Origin: an uncultured Methanoregulaceae archaeon
GTDB taxonomy: Archaea; Halobacteriota; Methanomicrobia; Methanomicrobiales; Methanospirillaceae
Assembly: GCA_963717525.1 (NCBI GenBank)
Contig: OY970343.1
Location: forward strand, 928,001-992,000
Reading direction: 5' to 3'
Length of the DNA: 64,000 nt
Of the stretch, positions 9,944 to 20,935 are shown one piece after another. Made by a program: the position numbers and the translations under genes. The stretch's first letter is position 1, and each line of letters starts with the position of its first letter. The notes beneath the pieces were generated by a model. The model was not told where the DNA came from and searched no databases. It saw only the letters and a program-made list of their open reading frames with translations.

Positions 9944-10111
9944 ATGCAGATCGAGATCCGCAACGGGTTCACATTCCAGCCGGGCACCTTTAACGCTCTC
10001 ATCGCACCCGGGAAGGTGATCGTTTCCGCCATCAGCACATACGCGGATCTCCAGCGGTTCCTCTTCCTTTCCGTAAGGAAAATTTTCCCCGTACCAGGGA
10101 TGATCAGGTGA
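9944..10111 (+). pseudogene. Truncated duplicate of the iRadA-like gene 2147-2668
   Basis: MQIEIRNGFTFQPGTFNALIAPGKVIVSAISTYADLQRFLFL matches the first 42 aa of 2147-2668, then diverges and stops. Confidence 0.85.
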
Positions 10112-10117
10112 ACGACC

Positions 10118-12104
10118 GTGTGGATCCTCGACTCCGCGTACCGGGACGGTGGTATCGATCTCTGGACAAAGGACGGGACCGTCTCAAAAGTACACCACGA
10201 TTACAATCCGCCATTTTACGTCCACTTCCACGACCCGCACGCTCATTACGAGATGATTGAGGCGCTGGAAGAACGGTACTGCGCGGAAGAGTGCACCATC
10301 CACACCCTTTTTGGCAAGATCCCGGGTTACGCGGTCTCTGCCCGGCCGGGACGTGGCCGAAGCAATTGAACGGCAGGCACACTATAAGGTCGATCTCTTC
10401 AACGTGGACGTGCGCCGCGACCAGAGGTTCATGGCCGAGCGCGGGATTTTTCCCTGTGCAAAGGAAGGTGACACCCGGTTTTCCCCGGAGATCACGCACG
10501 ATCTTTCTGTCCTGAAGACCTGCATCCACGGTAATCCGACGCTTTCTGTATCCCCGACCGAAATTGAGGTGACGGGCGGCCACACCGAACGGATTACCGG
10601 TGAGACAAAGGATGTGCTCGCAGATTTTTTCGGGCTCATCAGATCGCTTAACCCTGATGTGATTCTCATCCCGGATGCCGATACCTGGATGCCGAAGATC
10701 CGGGCCCTGGCACGGCAGTATGATCTTCCCATGCCCTTCTCGCGGAACGGGAAATACCGGCAGATGGCTTCCCGGTCGTACTGGAGTACGGCCATATGGA
10801 GCACAAGGAGTCTGCACTCATTCCGGACGGCCGTATCCTGATCGACACGGAGCAATCGTTCGTGTACCGGGAAGGCGGTCTTGAAGGGGTGCTCATGGCT
10901 GCCCGGCTCTCCGGGCTTTCCCCTAATCTTGCATCGCGGTTCACGCCCGGCACGCTCATCAGCAGTTATGAGACCTGCGAGGCGGTAAAACGGGGGATCG
11001 CGGTACCGTTCCGCAAGAGCGATCCGGAACAGGTACGTAAGCTCTCCGCGCTCCAGGCAGCCGACCGGGGCGGGCTGATGTTCCAGCCAGAGCCAGGGAC
11101 GTTTGAGAATGTCGAAGAAATCGATTTCACATCTATGTATCCTTCGATCATCGTGAAGGCCAATCTATCACCGGAGACGATCGGACATTCGGAGCGCCAC
11201 GGTTTTCTCCCTGAAGTGCTCAAGCCGCTGCTCGACCTCCGCTTCGAAACAAAACAGCTCAAAAAAACCGATCACCGGTACTCCGGATCCGATGCAATCC
11301 TCAAGTGGATGCTTGTCACCTGCTTCGGGTACACGGGATACAAGAACGCGAAGTTCGGGAGGATCGAGGTGCACGAGAAGATCACGGGCAGGTCACGGGA
11401 GATCCTGCTGCAGACAAAGGAGATCGCGGAATCCATGAACTTCCGCGTGCTGCACGGTATCGTGGACTGCCTCTGGGTGCAGGGATCGTCAGTTGAGGCA
11501 CTCAAAAAACGGGTCGAACGCCAGACTGGCCTATTTCTCGAGATCGACCATTTCGACTGGATCGTTTTCCTGCCTCTGGCAGACGGTTTCGGTGCGTACA
11601 ACCGGTATTATGGCCGGCAACCGGATGGCAGCGTCAAGGTCCGGGGGATTGCAGCACGCAGGCACGATACCCCGGAATATATCAGGGAGATGCAGGAGGA
11701 GATGCTCACGGTGATGGGCGGTGCGGCAACTATTGGGGAGCTCCGGGAAAGGGAGTGTGCGGTCAGGGATATATATGAGAAGTATTGTGAAGGACTGCCT
11801 TATGCGAATGTCCGCAAGTTTGTAGTCAACCGGCGTATCGAGCCGGGTGACCTATGCGCACCGGTGTCTGGAGTCCTCAGCCATTCAGGCTTACAAAAGC
11901 CAGGGCGTTCCTGTCGCACCGGGGATGAAGATATCCTATGTGGTGCAGGATGCGAAGCGATACTTCGTTGACACCGGGTGGAGTGCGTCGGTCATCGATG
12001 CCGGGTATTACCAGGCGCTCCTCGAAAAAGCATGGCAGGAGATCAGCTACGCGATGTTGAATGACACTTGCACAATCCACGATGAAAAATGCAGTAAAGA
12101 ATGA
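10118..12104 (+). CDS. polB2: Family B DNA polymerase, PolB2 group (frameshifts near 10345, 10790, 11845)
   Basis: Motif [11 protein letters not shown], motif [14 protein letters not shown], PolB2-type motif C HGIVD; degenerate exonuclease domain. Confidence 0.9.
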
Positions 12105-12398
12105 TCTCCCCTCCCGAAACTGCCTGTCGTCATCACATGGGGTGGGCGATAAGCATCATCAGCATCCGGAAGAGTGCTAAAGCCCAGTCATCTGTAAATC
12201 CGCCGGTTCTGCGTAAAATTATATTTCCACGTTCTGCATAGGAACGGGGTGGAACGGCTATAGGCCTGCACCAGATATTCCTGCCCGGTCTTTTCTCCCA
12301 TTAAATATAACCGGAAAATACTCTTGTCAATTACCAAAAGTGTTTATACCCCCTTGGAAGATTACCAGTTATCGAAATACCGATGGAGCGAATGAGAT

Positions 12399-14360
12399 AT
12401 GGCACAAGAAGAACCAAAGCCCGTGATGGTCCGGGAACGGCTCGACGTCTGCGAGCTGGACCGGGCCCGGATGTCCCTGATGAACCCTGCACTCATTGAG
12501 CAGAAGAAACAGGAACGCACGATCGATGAGAATGCCAAGCCCCTCCTTGAAATGGCGATGAAGGAGGGCCTCGAAACGGTCTGGGACCGGTACGAGATGC
12601 AGCAGCCACCCTGCAAATACTGCGAAGCGGGGACCTCCTGCATGAGGTGCACCATGGGCCCATGCCGGATCATCCCACCACACCGCATCCGCGGCGTCTG
12701 CGGGGCCGATGTCGACCTGATCGTTGCCCGCAACCTGCTTGACACGATCGCGACCGGGTCGGCAGCCCATTCTGACCACGGCCGTGACATCGTCGAAACA
12801 CTGTACCTCGTTGGAACGGGAAAGGCCAAAGACTACGGCATCGCCGATCCGGACAAACTGCGCGTGCTCGCAAAGGAATACGGTATTGCTACGGACAAGA
12901 AAGGCACAATGGAGATTGCAGCCCTGCTCGGACGTGCCCTGCTCGAAGAGTACGGCATGACCAAAAACACCCTCCAGCTCCTCAACCGGGCCCCGAAGGC
13001 CACCCGGGATATCTGGGAGGCGGCCGGCATCTCCCCGCGGGGGATCGACCGCGAAGTCGTCGACTGCATGCACCGGATCCAGATGGGGGTCGGTGCGGAT
13101 TATGTCAACATCCTGCTCCAGGGCCTGCGCTGCAGCCTCTCGGACGGCTGGGGCGGGTCGATGCTGGGTACCGATATCTCGGATGTCCTCTTCGGGACGC
13201 CGACCATTAAGGAATCGAAGGTGAACCTCGCGGTGCTCAAAGAAGACCATGTGAACATCGCAGTCCATGGCCACAACCCGGTTCTCTCCGAGATGGTAGT
13301 AAAGGCAGTCGCTGACCCGGAACTTGTTGGGCTTGCAAAGAAGAACGGTGCAAAAGGCATCAACCTCGTCGGGCTCTGCTGCACGGGAAGCGAGCTGCTG
13401 ATGCGCAAAGGCGTCCCGATGACCGGCAACCACTTCAACCAGGAGCTCGTCATCATGACCGGGGCACTTGAAGCGATGATCGTCGATTACCAGTGCATAT
13501 TCCCCTCGCTCCCGCGGACCGCAAGCTGCTTCCACACGCTCATTGTCTCAACCAGTTCCAAGGCAAAAATACCGGGCTCGTACTTCTTCGATTTCAGCGC
13601 GGACAAGGGCCTTGTGACCGCAAAGGCAATCGTCAGGATGGCAGTTGAAAACTACAAAAACCGGAACCCAAAGCGGGTCAACATCCCCGGAACCCCGGTC
13701 CCGCTCATGTCCGGGTTCTCCAACGAGGCGATCAAAAAGGCGCTGGGCGGATCGTTCAAACCCCTTATCGATGTCATCGCTGCCGGTAAGATCAGAGGTG
13801 CAGTCGGTATTGTCGGGTGCAACAACCCACATGTGAAACATGATTACGGTCACGTGACCCTCTCCAAGGCACTGATCAAGAAAAATATTCTCTGTGTCGA
13901 GACCGGCTGCGCAGCGATCGCCTCGGGAAAGGCCGGCCTTCTCATGCCATCAGCCGCAGCGCTTGCGGGCGATGACCTGCGGGCGGTCTGCGAATCGTTA
14001 AAGATCCCGCCCGTGCTCCATATGGGCTCCTGTGTGGATAACTCGCGTATCCTCGTGCTTGCGGCTGAACTGGGCAATGCACTCAATGTCCCGATCCACA
14101 AGCTGCCCATCGCTGGCGCGGCACCGGAATGGTATTCGCAGAAAGCGGTCTCGATCGGCGCATACTTTGTCGCCTCCGGTGTCTACACCGTGCTCGGCGT
14201 CATGCCGCATATTTCCGGCAGCCCGGCAGTGGTATCGCTTTTGACCGACGGGCTCAAGGGAGCGGTGAACGCGAACTTTGCCGTGGAGCCCGATCCCTTA
14301 AAAGCAGCCGATCTCATCGCAGGCCACATCGAGAAGAAACGCATCGATCTGGGGATTTGA
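12399..14360 (+). CDS. cooS: Anaerobic carbon monoxide dehydrogenase catalytic subunit (homodimeric CooS type)
   Basis: CMRCTMGPC B-cluster; C-cluster ligands HGHNP, LCCTG, GCNN, TGCA, GSCVDN; EWYSQKA. Confidence 0.95.
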   Translation: MAQEEPKPVMVRERLDVCELDRARMSLMNPALIEQKKQERTIDENAKPLLEMAMKEGLETVWDRYEMQQPPCKYCEAGTSCMRCTMGPCRIIPPHRIRGVCGADVDLIVARNLLDTIATGSAAHSDHGRDIVETLYLVGTGKAKDYGIADPDKLRVLAKEYGIATDKKGTMEIAALLGRALLEEYGMTKNTLQLLNRAPKATRDIWEAAGISPRGIDREVVDCMHRIQMGVGADYVNILLQGLRCSLSDGWGGSMLGTDISDVLFGTPTIKESKVNLAVLKEDHVNIAVHGHNPVLSEMVVKAVADPELVGLAKKNGAKGINLVGLCCTGSELLMRKGVPMTGNHFNQELVIMTGALEAMIVDYQCIFPSLPRTASCFHTLIVSTSSKAKIPGSYFFDFSADKGLVTAKAIVRMAVENYKNRNPKRVNIPGTPVPLMSGFSNEAIKKALGGSFKPLIDVIAAGKIRGAVGIVGCNNPHVKHDYGHVTLSKALIKKNILCVETGCAAIASGKAGLLMPSAAALAGDDLRAVCESLKIPPVLHMGSCVDNSRILVLAAELGNALNVPIHKLPIAGAAPEWYSQKAVSIGAYFVASGVYTVLGVMPHISGSPAVVSLLTDGLKGAVNANFAVEPDPLKAADLIAGHIEKKRIDLGI

Positions 14361-14362
14361 GC

Positions 14363-15208
14363 ATGCCGGTCGGGACCCGGTCAGAGAGAAAGGGATCCGG
14401 GTCGTCATCACCGGGAAAGGTGGTGTCGGGAAGACCACCCTTGTGGCTCTCCTTTCCCACATCTTTGCAAAAGAGGGAAAACGGGTCCTTGCGATCGACG
14501 GGGACCCCCAGCAGAATCTCGCGGCAACACTCGGGATCCCCAAAGCCGAGGCGGAGCAGATCGTCACGGTATCGGAGAGCACAAACTACCTCCGCGAGAA
14601 AACCGGGGCCGGCCCGGACGTATCACCGGGCGGGCTTCTCACCCTCAACCCCGATGTCAGCGATGTGGTCGACCGGTTTTCTGTGCCAGCGGGCGATAAT
14701 GTCCGCCTGCTGGTCATGGGAGGCATAAAGGAGGCGGGCGGCGGATGCCTCTGTCCCGAATATACCCTGCTTGCCGCGATTCTCCGGCACATGCGGCTCC
14801 TCGAAGACGAGGTGATCATTCTTGATACGGCAGACCGGCCTCGAGCATTTTGGGAGGGCGGTGGCCGAAGGGTTCACCTGCGCGGTGGTCGTGACGGACC
14901 ACTCCTATAACGCAGTTTCCGTGGCCCGGAAATCCGCGGCGCTTGCGCACCAGCTGGGGATCGAAAATGTGATCCTCGTCGTAAACCGGGCAGAGGACGA
15001 GACCGACATCCGCAATGCCTGCGGGAGCGAGGGGGGCGTCACGGCGTTTTCGCAGACAATTGTCCTGCCTTTCGACCCCGGGGTCAGCCGGACTGATCCC
15101 GCGATAACCTCCCTTGTTGACAGCAATTCAACGTTTATCAGGAACGTTTCGACCCTTGCAGCGGCCATCGCCGGCCGGTGCGAGAGCTGGTCCCCGCCGC
15201 TTCGCTAA
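14363..15208 (+). CDS. cooC: CODH nickel-insertion ATPase (frameshifts near the start and near 14835)
   Basis: GKGGVGKTT, IDGDP, GGGCLCPE, GLEHFGR; follows cooS. Confidence 0.9.
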
Positions 15209-15395
15209 CAACGGGGGCCGGGGAATTCTCTGGATTTCTCTTTTTCTCCATCCGCATCACCCTGGAAGATAAATCTCTTATCTCCATTCACCATTATGAA
15301 AATTCTCCGGCACATGTGCAGTGACCACCAGTGGACCGCTTGTTTATTGTGGGAAGGAACCAACGTCTGGTACCAGAACATAGGATGGTGAATGC

Positions 15396-16306
15396 ATGCA
15401 ACGCTCCGATCAACCTGTAGTTCAGGCCCATCATGCGGTCTTCTCGGTCACCGCACTCTCCTCCCGGTTTCCCGTACCGCCAGAAATCCCGGCCGATGCA
15501 CTCTGGGTCCTTATCGTCGGCCAGGGTGTGGCAATACGGGACGGCGACACCCCGGAGATCTATGCTCAGGCTGCCCCCCCACCGTACACCCGTTCCGGTC
15601 CGGTCGAGTATCTCGGCCACCGGGGCACCGTCCCCTTTTACGCAGTGGGCCTCCGTGAAGATGCCACGCTCCCGGAGGGCCTGGTTGTTGCCGGTGTGCG
15701 AGAGCTTTCGGCAGGATACCAGAAGAGGATCTCGCCATTGCATCCTTCGCGGTCCGGATGATCGGATCGGCAGCAGCGAGCCGGTTCTGTGGCAGGTGCG
15801 GCCATGCGACCGAACCGGTCCTTTCCGAGCGGGCATGGAAATGCCCGGGCTGCGGCCTTGGTGTCTATCCCCGCATATCTCCGGCAATTATCGTGCTAAT
15901 TATCCGGGGCGAAGAGATCCTCCTCGCTCGCTCTCCGCGGTTCCCTGCCGGTATGCATTCCGTGATCGCCGGTTTTACCGAACCAGGCGAGACGCTGGAG
16001 CATGCCGTTTGCCGCGAGGTGCGGGAAGAGATAGGTATTACCATAAAAAATATCCGCTATTTTGCGAGCGAACCCTGGCCGTTTCCCGATTCTCTCATGA
16101 TCGCGTTTGTGGCTGATTACGCTACCGGTGAGATCACCATCGACAATAACGAGATCGTTTCCGCGGGCTGGTTCTCCCGGGACAACCTCCCGGGACTCCC
16201 CGCACGTATGAGCATCGCGCGGGCGCTCATCGACTGGTGGGTAAAATCCGAAGAAATACCGGTATCAAAAAGCGACGCTGCAGGCAGCAGACGGCGATTG
16301 GCATAA
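15396..16306 (+). CDS. nudC: NAD(H) pyrophosphatase NudC (frameshift near 15745)
   Basis: FCGRCG...CPGC, YPRISPAII, Nudix box GETLEHAVCREVREEIG, SEPWPFPDSLM. Confidence 0.9.
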
Positions 16307-16363
16307 CCGCTGGCGATATAAACATAGATATAATATAAAGCCTTTAAATTCTGTTAGAGAGCA

Positions 16364-19300
16364 ATGGCGATGAATTCTGAACCATTAGGTACAGATCCGG
16401 ACATCCCTGACGGGGAGAGTGCCATCGATGTCTTTATTCTCTGCAGCGATGACCGGGATTCCCAGGAACTCAGCGGGCAGCTCGCACCACAGGGATACCG
16501 GATCACACTTTTTTCTGACAGCGCAGATCTGCTTACGACCCTCCATGCGGGAAAACCCAACCTTCTCATCTGCGACGCCACCGGCCCGGAACAGGATGGC
16601 TACGAGGTTTGCCGCGAGATAAAAGCAGACGGCGATCTCTGGAGGATCCCGGTGCTCCTTGTCACTGGTGTCGCAAGCCTGGGCAACCTCCTGGGAGTCC
16701 TTGACAGTAACGCAGACAACTTCATCGCCCGGCCCTATGATCCCCAGTACCTCCTCTCCCTGATCGAGACGATGCTTGCATCGCCGGTCGAAAAACCGGA
16801 TCCCGAGAAAGTCAGGACCCAGTTCAAAATCCGGCACGAGGACCGGGACTACGTGATCATGGCCGACCGCAGGAAACTCCTGGAGTTCCTGCTCTCCTCG
16901 TTTGAGATTGCGGTTGACCGGGCTGGCGAGCTCGTGCAGGTCCAGAACTCGCTGGACGGTCTCAAGGCCACGCTCGAACGACGGGTCGCAGACCGCACGA
17001 GCGAACTGGGCACAGAAACCGCCCGGCTCCAGATGCTTCTGAACGGGAAAGCCCGCGAGCTCGAAAGCTCTGCAAAAGCGCTGGATGTGCAGAAGAAGGA
17101 AGGGGAAGCCTTGCGTTCCCGGATTGACGAACGCGAGAAGATAATCGCCACACAACGGGAAGAGAACTCCCGGTTCACGCAGGAACTTGAATCGACCCGT
17201 GCACGGCTCGCGGAGGCAGAAGATTCAATCCGTACGCTCGGGACCGAAAAAGACGAACTCGAACAGGCCCTCCGTGGCGACGCAGAGTCCTTGAATCGTG
17301 ACCTCGGTCAGACGAGAAAGGACCTCGAAGAGGCAAAAAAGGAGCTCGCTGACCTCTCCGGGCACCGTGACGCGCTGGAGACACAGGTTGCAGATCTTAC
17401 CCGCAACCATGAGGATGCACAGAAAGCGCTGAACGCCGGGTCGATCGAGATCGGGCAGCTCAGGAGCGCACTTTCAGGAGAGAAGAACCGGGCAGAAGCG
17501 GCCGAGATGGAAGTCAAATCCATCCTGCAGGAGAAGGCAAAAGCAGAGCAGGAACTCCGGCAGATGGTTGAGGACATCACTGAAAAGGCAAAGCAGCAGT
17601 CACAGGAGTGCATGCGTCTTGCCGATGACCTAGCCGCCGAAAAAGAACGGCGAGAGGCTGCCGAGCAGCAATACCGTGTGGTTGTGCAGGAGGCGGCAAA
17701 AAAAGAGGCCGCGTTTGCCGCAGAAAAAGGCTCGCTTGTGGAGCACCACGAGGCATTCCAGCAGAAATACGACGCGCTGACGGAATCTTTTGGTGCCGAG
17801 CGCCAGAAGTGCTCGTCGCTCGAAACAGAAATTACCCGCATCACCGGGGCAAAAGAGCAGGCCGACCAAAGATTGCAGGCCGTACAGGAAGAGCTCCGCA
17901 CCACCTGTGCTACAGGTGATGAGGAACACCGCCTGCGTATCGCAGCAGAAACAAACGCCGAGGAGATGGCTGCGACAAAAGATGCGGAGGTTCAGGCGCT
18001 GAAAAACGATCTTACCACCCTCCGCGACGAACTCGGGCGCGCCAGGTCAGATCTGTTACAGGCCCGGCAGGAACTTGACGGCGCACTGGGCACGCATAAA
18101 GGACTCAGGGAGGAGCTTGCTGCAGCCGCTCTTACCGGTGCACAGGCCGAGAAGCTGGCCCGCTCGGCTGCGTCCGAAACTGAACAGGTCAGGGAAGAAC
18201 TGGAGACCGAGCGGCGCCTGCATCATGCAACCGAAGAGAAACTTTCGGAGATAACCCGGGTAAAGGAGCAGATCGAGCATAACCTTGGAGCCGTTGGGGA
18301 GCAGGCCGCGGCACAGGAGCGCGAGCTGCTCGCAAAGATTCAGGGGCTCAGCGAAGCCCTCGATGCAGAACGTGATGCCCGGGCACAGGCAGAAGAAACC
18401 CTTGTCCGCATAGCAGCAGAGAAGGAGACCGCACACCAGAAACTGCAGGAAGCAGCCGAAGAAAGGACAGCAGCGCGGACCACCGGTGAGCAGGCCGCGG
18501 CACGTGAACGTGAGCTGCTCGCAAAGATCCACGGGCTCACCGATACCCTCGATGCCGAGCGCGATGCGCATGCACAGGCCGATGACGAGCTCGCCCGTTT
18601 AGCGCGGGAGAGGGAGGTGGCGGATCAGCAGCTCAAAGCCGCTCTTGAAGAGCGGGTTGCGGAGGTGGGACACCGCAACGAGCGGATCGCTGCGCTCGAA
18701 GGTGATCTGAAGATCGCACTTGACCGGCAGCGGTCGCTCGAAGAGCAACTCCGTGCTGCAGAGCGGGAACAGGCCGAAAAAGAGGCGGCTATGCTGACCC
18801 TTTCTCGGGAGATCGAACAGGCTACCGCAGCACTCGACGCAGAAAAAGAAGAGCGGCAGGTGGCCCAGGAGGCTTATGCGGAAGCACATGACGCGCTTGT
18901 TGCACTCAGGAAAAAGCCGCAGATCCCCTCTACCGCGATAGAAGAGATCCCCATACGAGAGCACGCGATCGTCACACAGCATCCGGATCTTCCTGCAACG
19001 ATCAGGGAAGGGCCGCACGCCCTTACAAGAAAGGAGATCGGGCATGAGCTTCCGGTACCCCGGAACCGTTAGATCCTGTTCCTGCAGAAATGGAAAGTCC
19101 TCATGTGAGGATCAGGACAGTGGAGGACCTCTTTGAAGATCCACGGGAGCTCGGGGCCGACGAGCTGTCAGATGCGGTCCGGGGCACGATGCCACCGGTT
19201 GAAGGAAATGACCTATCTCGTGCACCAGAAGATGATCTTTCACCACCCTACGATACCGGGCAGGAAGAAACAGCGGAGGTCACCGGGGATGAGGAGCCCG

Positions 19301-19581
19301 GTGACGAAGATTCTGATGAGGACGAGAGCGGTTTTTCTCCCGGAGGAGCCGCGGGCGATACTGTCCACGGGGACGGCGTCCCGACATTCAGCCGCCAGCA
19401 GTGGTTTGAACTGGTAAAATGGGCGCACAACACGGATACGCTCAGCCATGACGAACGTATCAGGATCGTGAAACTTGGCCGTCTGATCCAGAAAGGCCGG
19501 GTTTTGACCCGGCGGCAGGAAGCGCAGCTTGCCGAGCTGATGCTGCTCGCCCGCACGAAGGGGTACCGGCCGCGGGAATGA
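16364..19581 (+). CDS. Atypical receiver domain fused to a very long coiled coil and an acidic tail (frameshift near 19065 joins 19090-19581)
   Basis: N-terminal REC (PNLLICD...DGYEVCREIK...IPVLLVT), about 700 aa of heptad E/A/L/R-rich sequence, then an acidic region and a small helical C-terminal domain. Confidence 0.75.
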
Positions 19582-19692
19582 ACGGCCGGCCTGGCTGACA
19601 TTTTCCCTCGTGAAGATCGTACCCGGCTTCGGGCCGGGATTCCCCTTTTTTGTTTGATGCCCTTGTACAGGATCTCACAAATGTGTCCTGTA

Positions 19693-20442
19693 TCACAGGC
19701 GCCCGGTGCTTTTTACAGGGAACGACATCCTCACCGTGCCGGCCGGGCCGGGATCCTTCCGGATCGCGACATCCGAAAAGTACACCATGATGCCCAGACA
19801 AGCGGTCAGACCAGCCAGGCTTACCGGGAGGGCGAGAGCCGGTGCGATGATACCGGTGCTTTCAAGAAAGAGAAGGAGAAGGAGTATCGAACCGTGCTGG
19901 ATGTGATACCAGGAAATGCGGGGATCAGTCTCGTCGCAGGGGCGGATGGAACCGGCGATCTTCTCCCGGCTAAACGGAAAGAAGGGGAAGATTCCTTTTC
20001 GCGTGCAGAGATCCTCTGCCAGGTGGAGGCCCATACCAAGAAGGAGACCGGCTAAAAAGAGCGCGACATCCCCGGCAACTGCACGGTCCACGGAGATGGC
20101 AGGGACATACAGAAACAGGCCGGCACACGCAGTGATAAAGAGGATGCCGGGGATGGAGTGGGTGAGGCGCTTATCCGATGGACCAGTGGCCGGGTACCCT
20201 GTGCATGCAGAGATCCGGCACAGCACCGGGGCGCAGAGCTGCCGGGGAAGCTGGACGACAAGCCATGCCAGCGTGCGGAAGACAAACTTTTTTGGCCGGG
20301 ACATGTGGATATCGGGAAGGATTGCACCGATACAGGTGCCGAAGCAGAAGATGATGACAAGGAGCGGATTTTTGAAGACAAAGGAGCTGCAGACAATGAG
20401 GGCGCATATCAGGGCAAGTGCGATATGATGCCGGGTTATCAT
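19693..20442 (-). CDS. Membrane-bound metal-dependent hydrolase (YdjM/DUF457-like)
   Basis: TRHH, GAILPDI, RLTHS, HLAEDLCT. Confidence 0.8.
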   Translation of the reverse strand: MITRHHIALALICALIVCSSFVFKNPLLVIIFCFGTCIGAILPDIHMSRPKKFVFRTLAWLVVQLPRQLCAPVLCRISACTGYPATGPSDKRLTHSIPGILFITACAGLFLYVPAISVDRAVAGDVALFLAGLLLGMGLHLAEDLCTRKGIFPFFPFSREKIAGSIRPCDETDPRISWYHIQHGSILLLLLFLESTGIIAPALALPVSLAGLTACLGIMVYFSDVAIRKDPGPAGTVRMSFPVKSTGRL

Positions 20443-20935
20443 GGTTATAGATCCTCGTTTCTTCTTATGATTTACCGGCCAGCGGATCACAAAGATTAAC
20501 GCTGACTGGTTTTAGCTGCCGCCGGAATTACCCGGTGTTCGGGAGATATTGTTGCACCTGATGAGAGGCTTGGAAAATAATCTTGCGTCAGGCAAATATA
20601 TGTGTTGGGATTTTACTTATTTTTCAAGAGAGGTAAAGTAAGAATAGTTGACTGAATGTAGGAATACGGGTCGCGGTTCGCCGCTGTACCAGTAACGGAC
20701 AGCAGGAATTAGGTACGGTAACCGTACGGCTGACGACAAAATTCCGGCCGGGTCAACACTGGTGAGCAGTAACCGGAGCACTCTCATCTGTTCCGGACAA
20801 CTGATCATGTATACATCATTCGGGTCGGCAAAGTAACATAGTATAGTTACTATTTCGATAAAATAAAACAAAATTTTTAACTACTATCCTGTGAAAAGAT
20901 ACTTGAACAGATTAATTTTTGAGGATTGTTAAACC

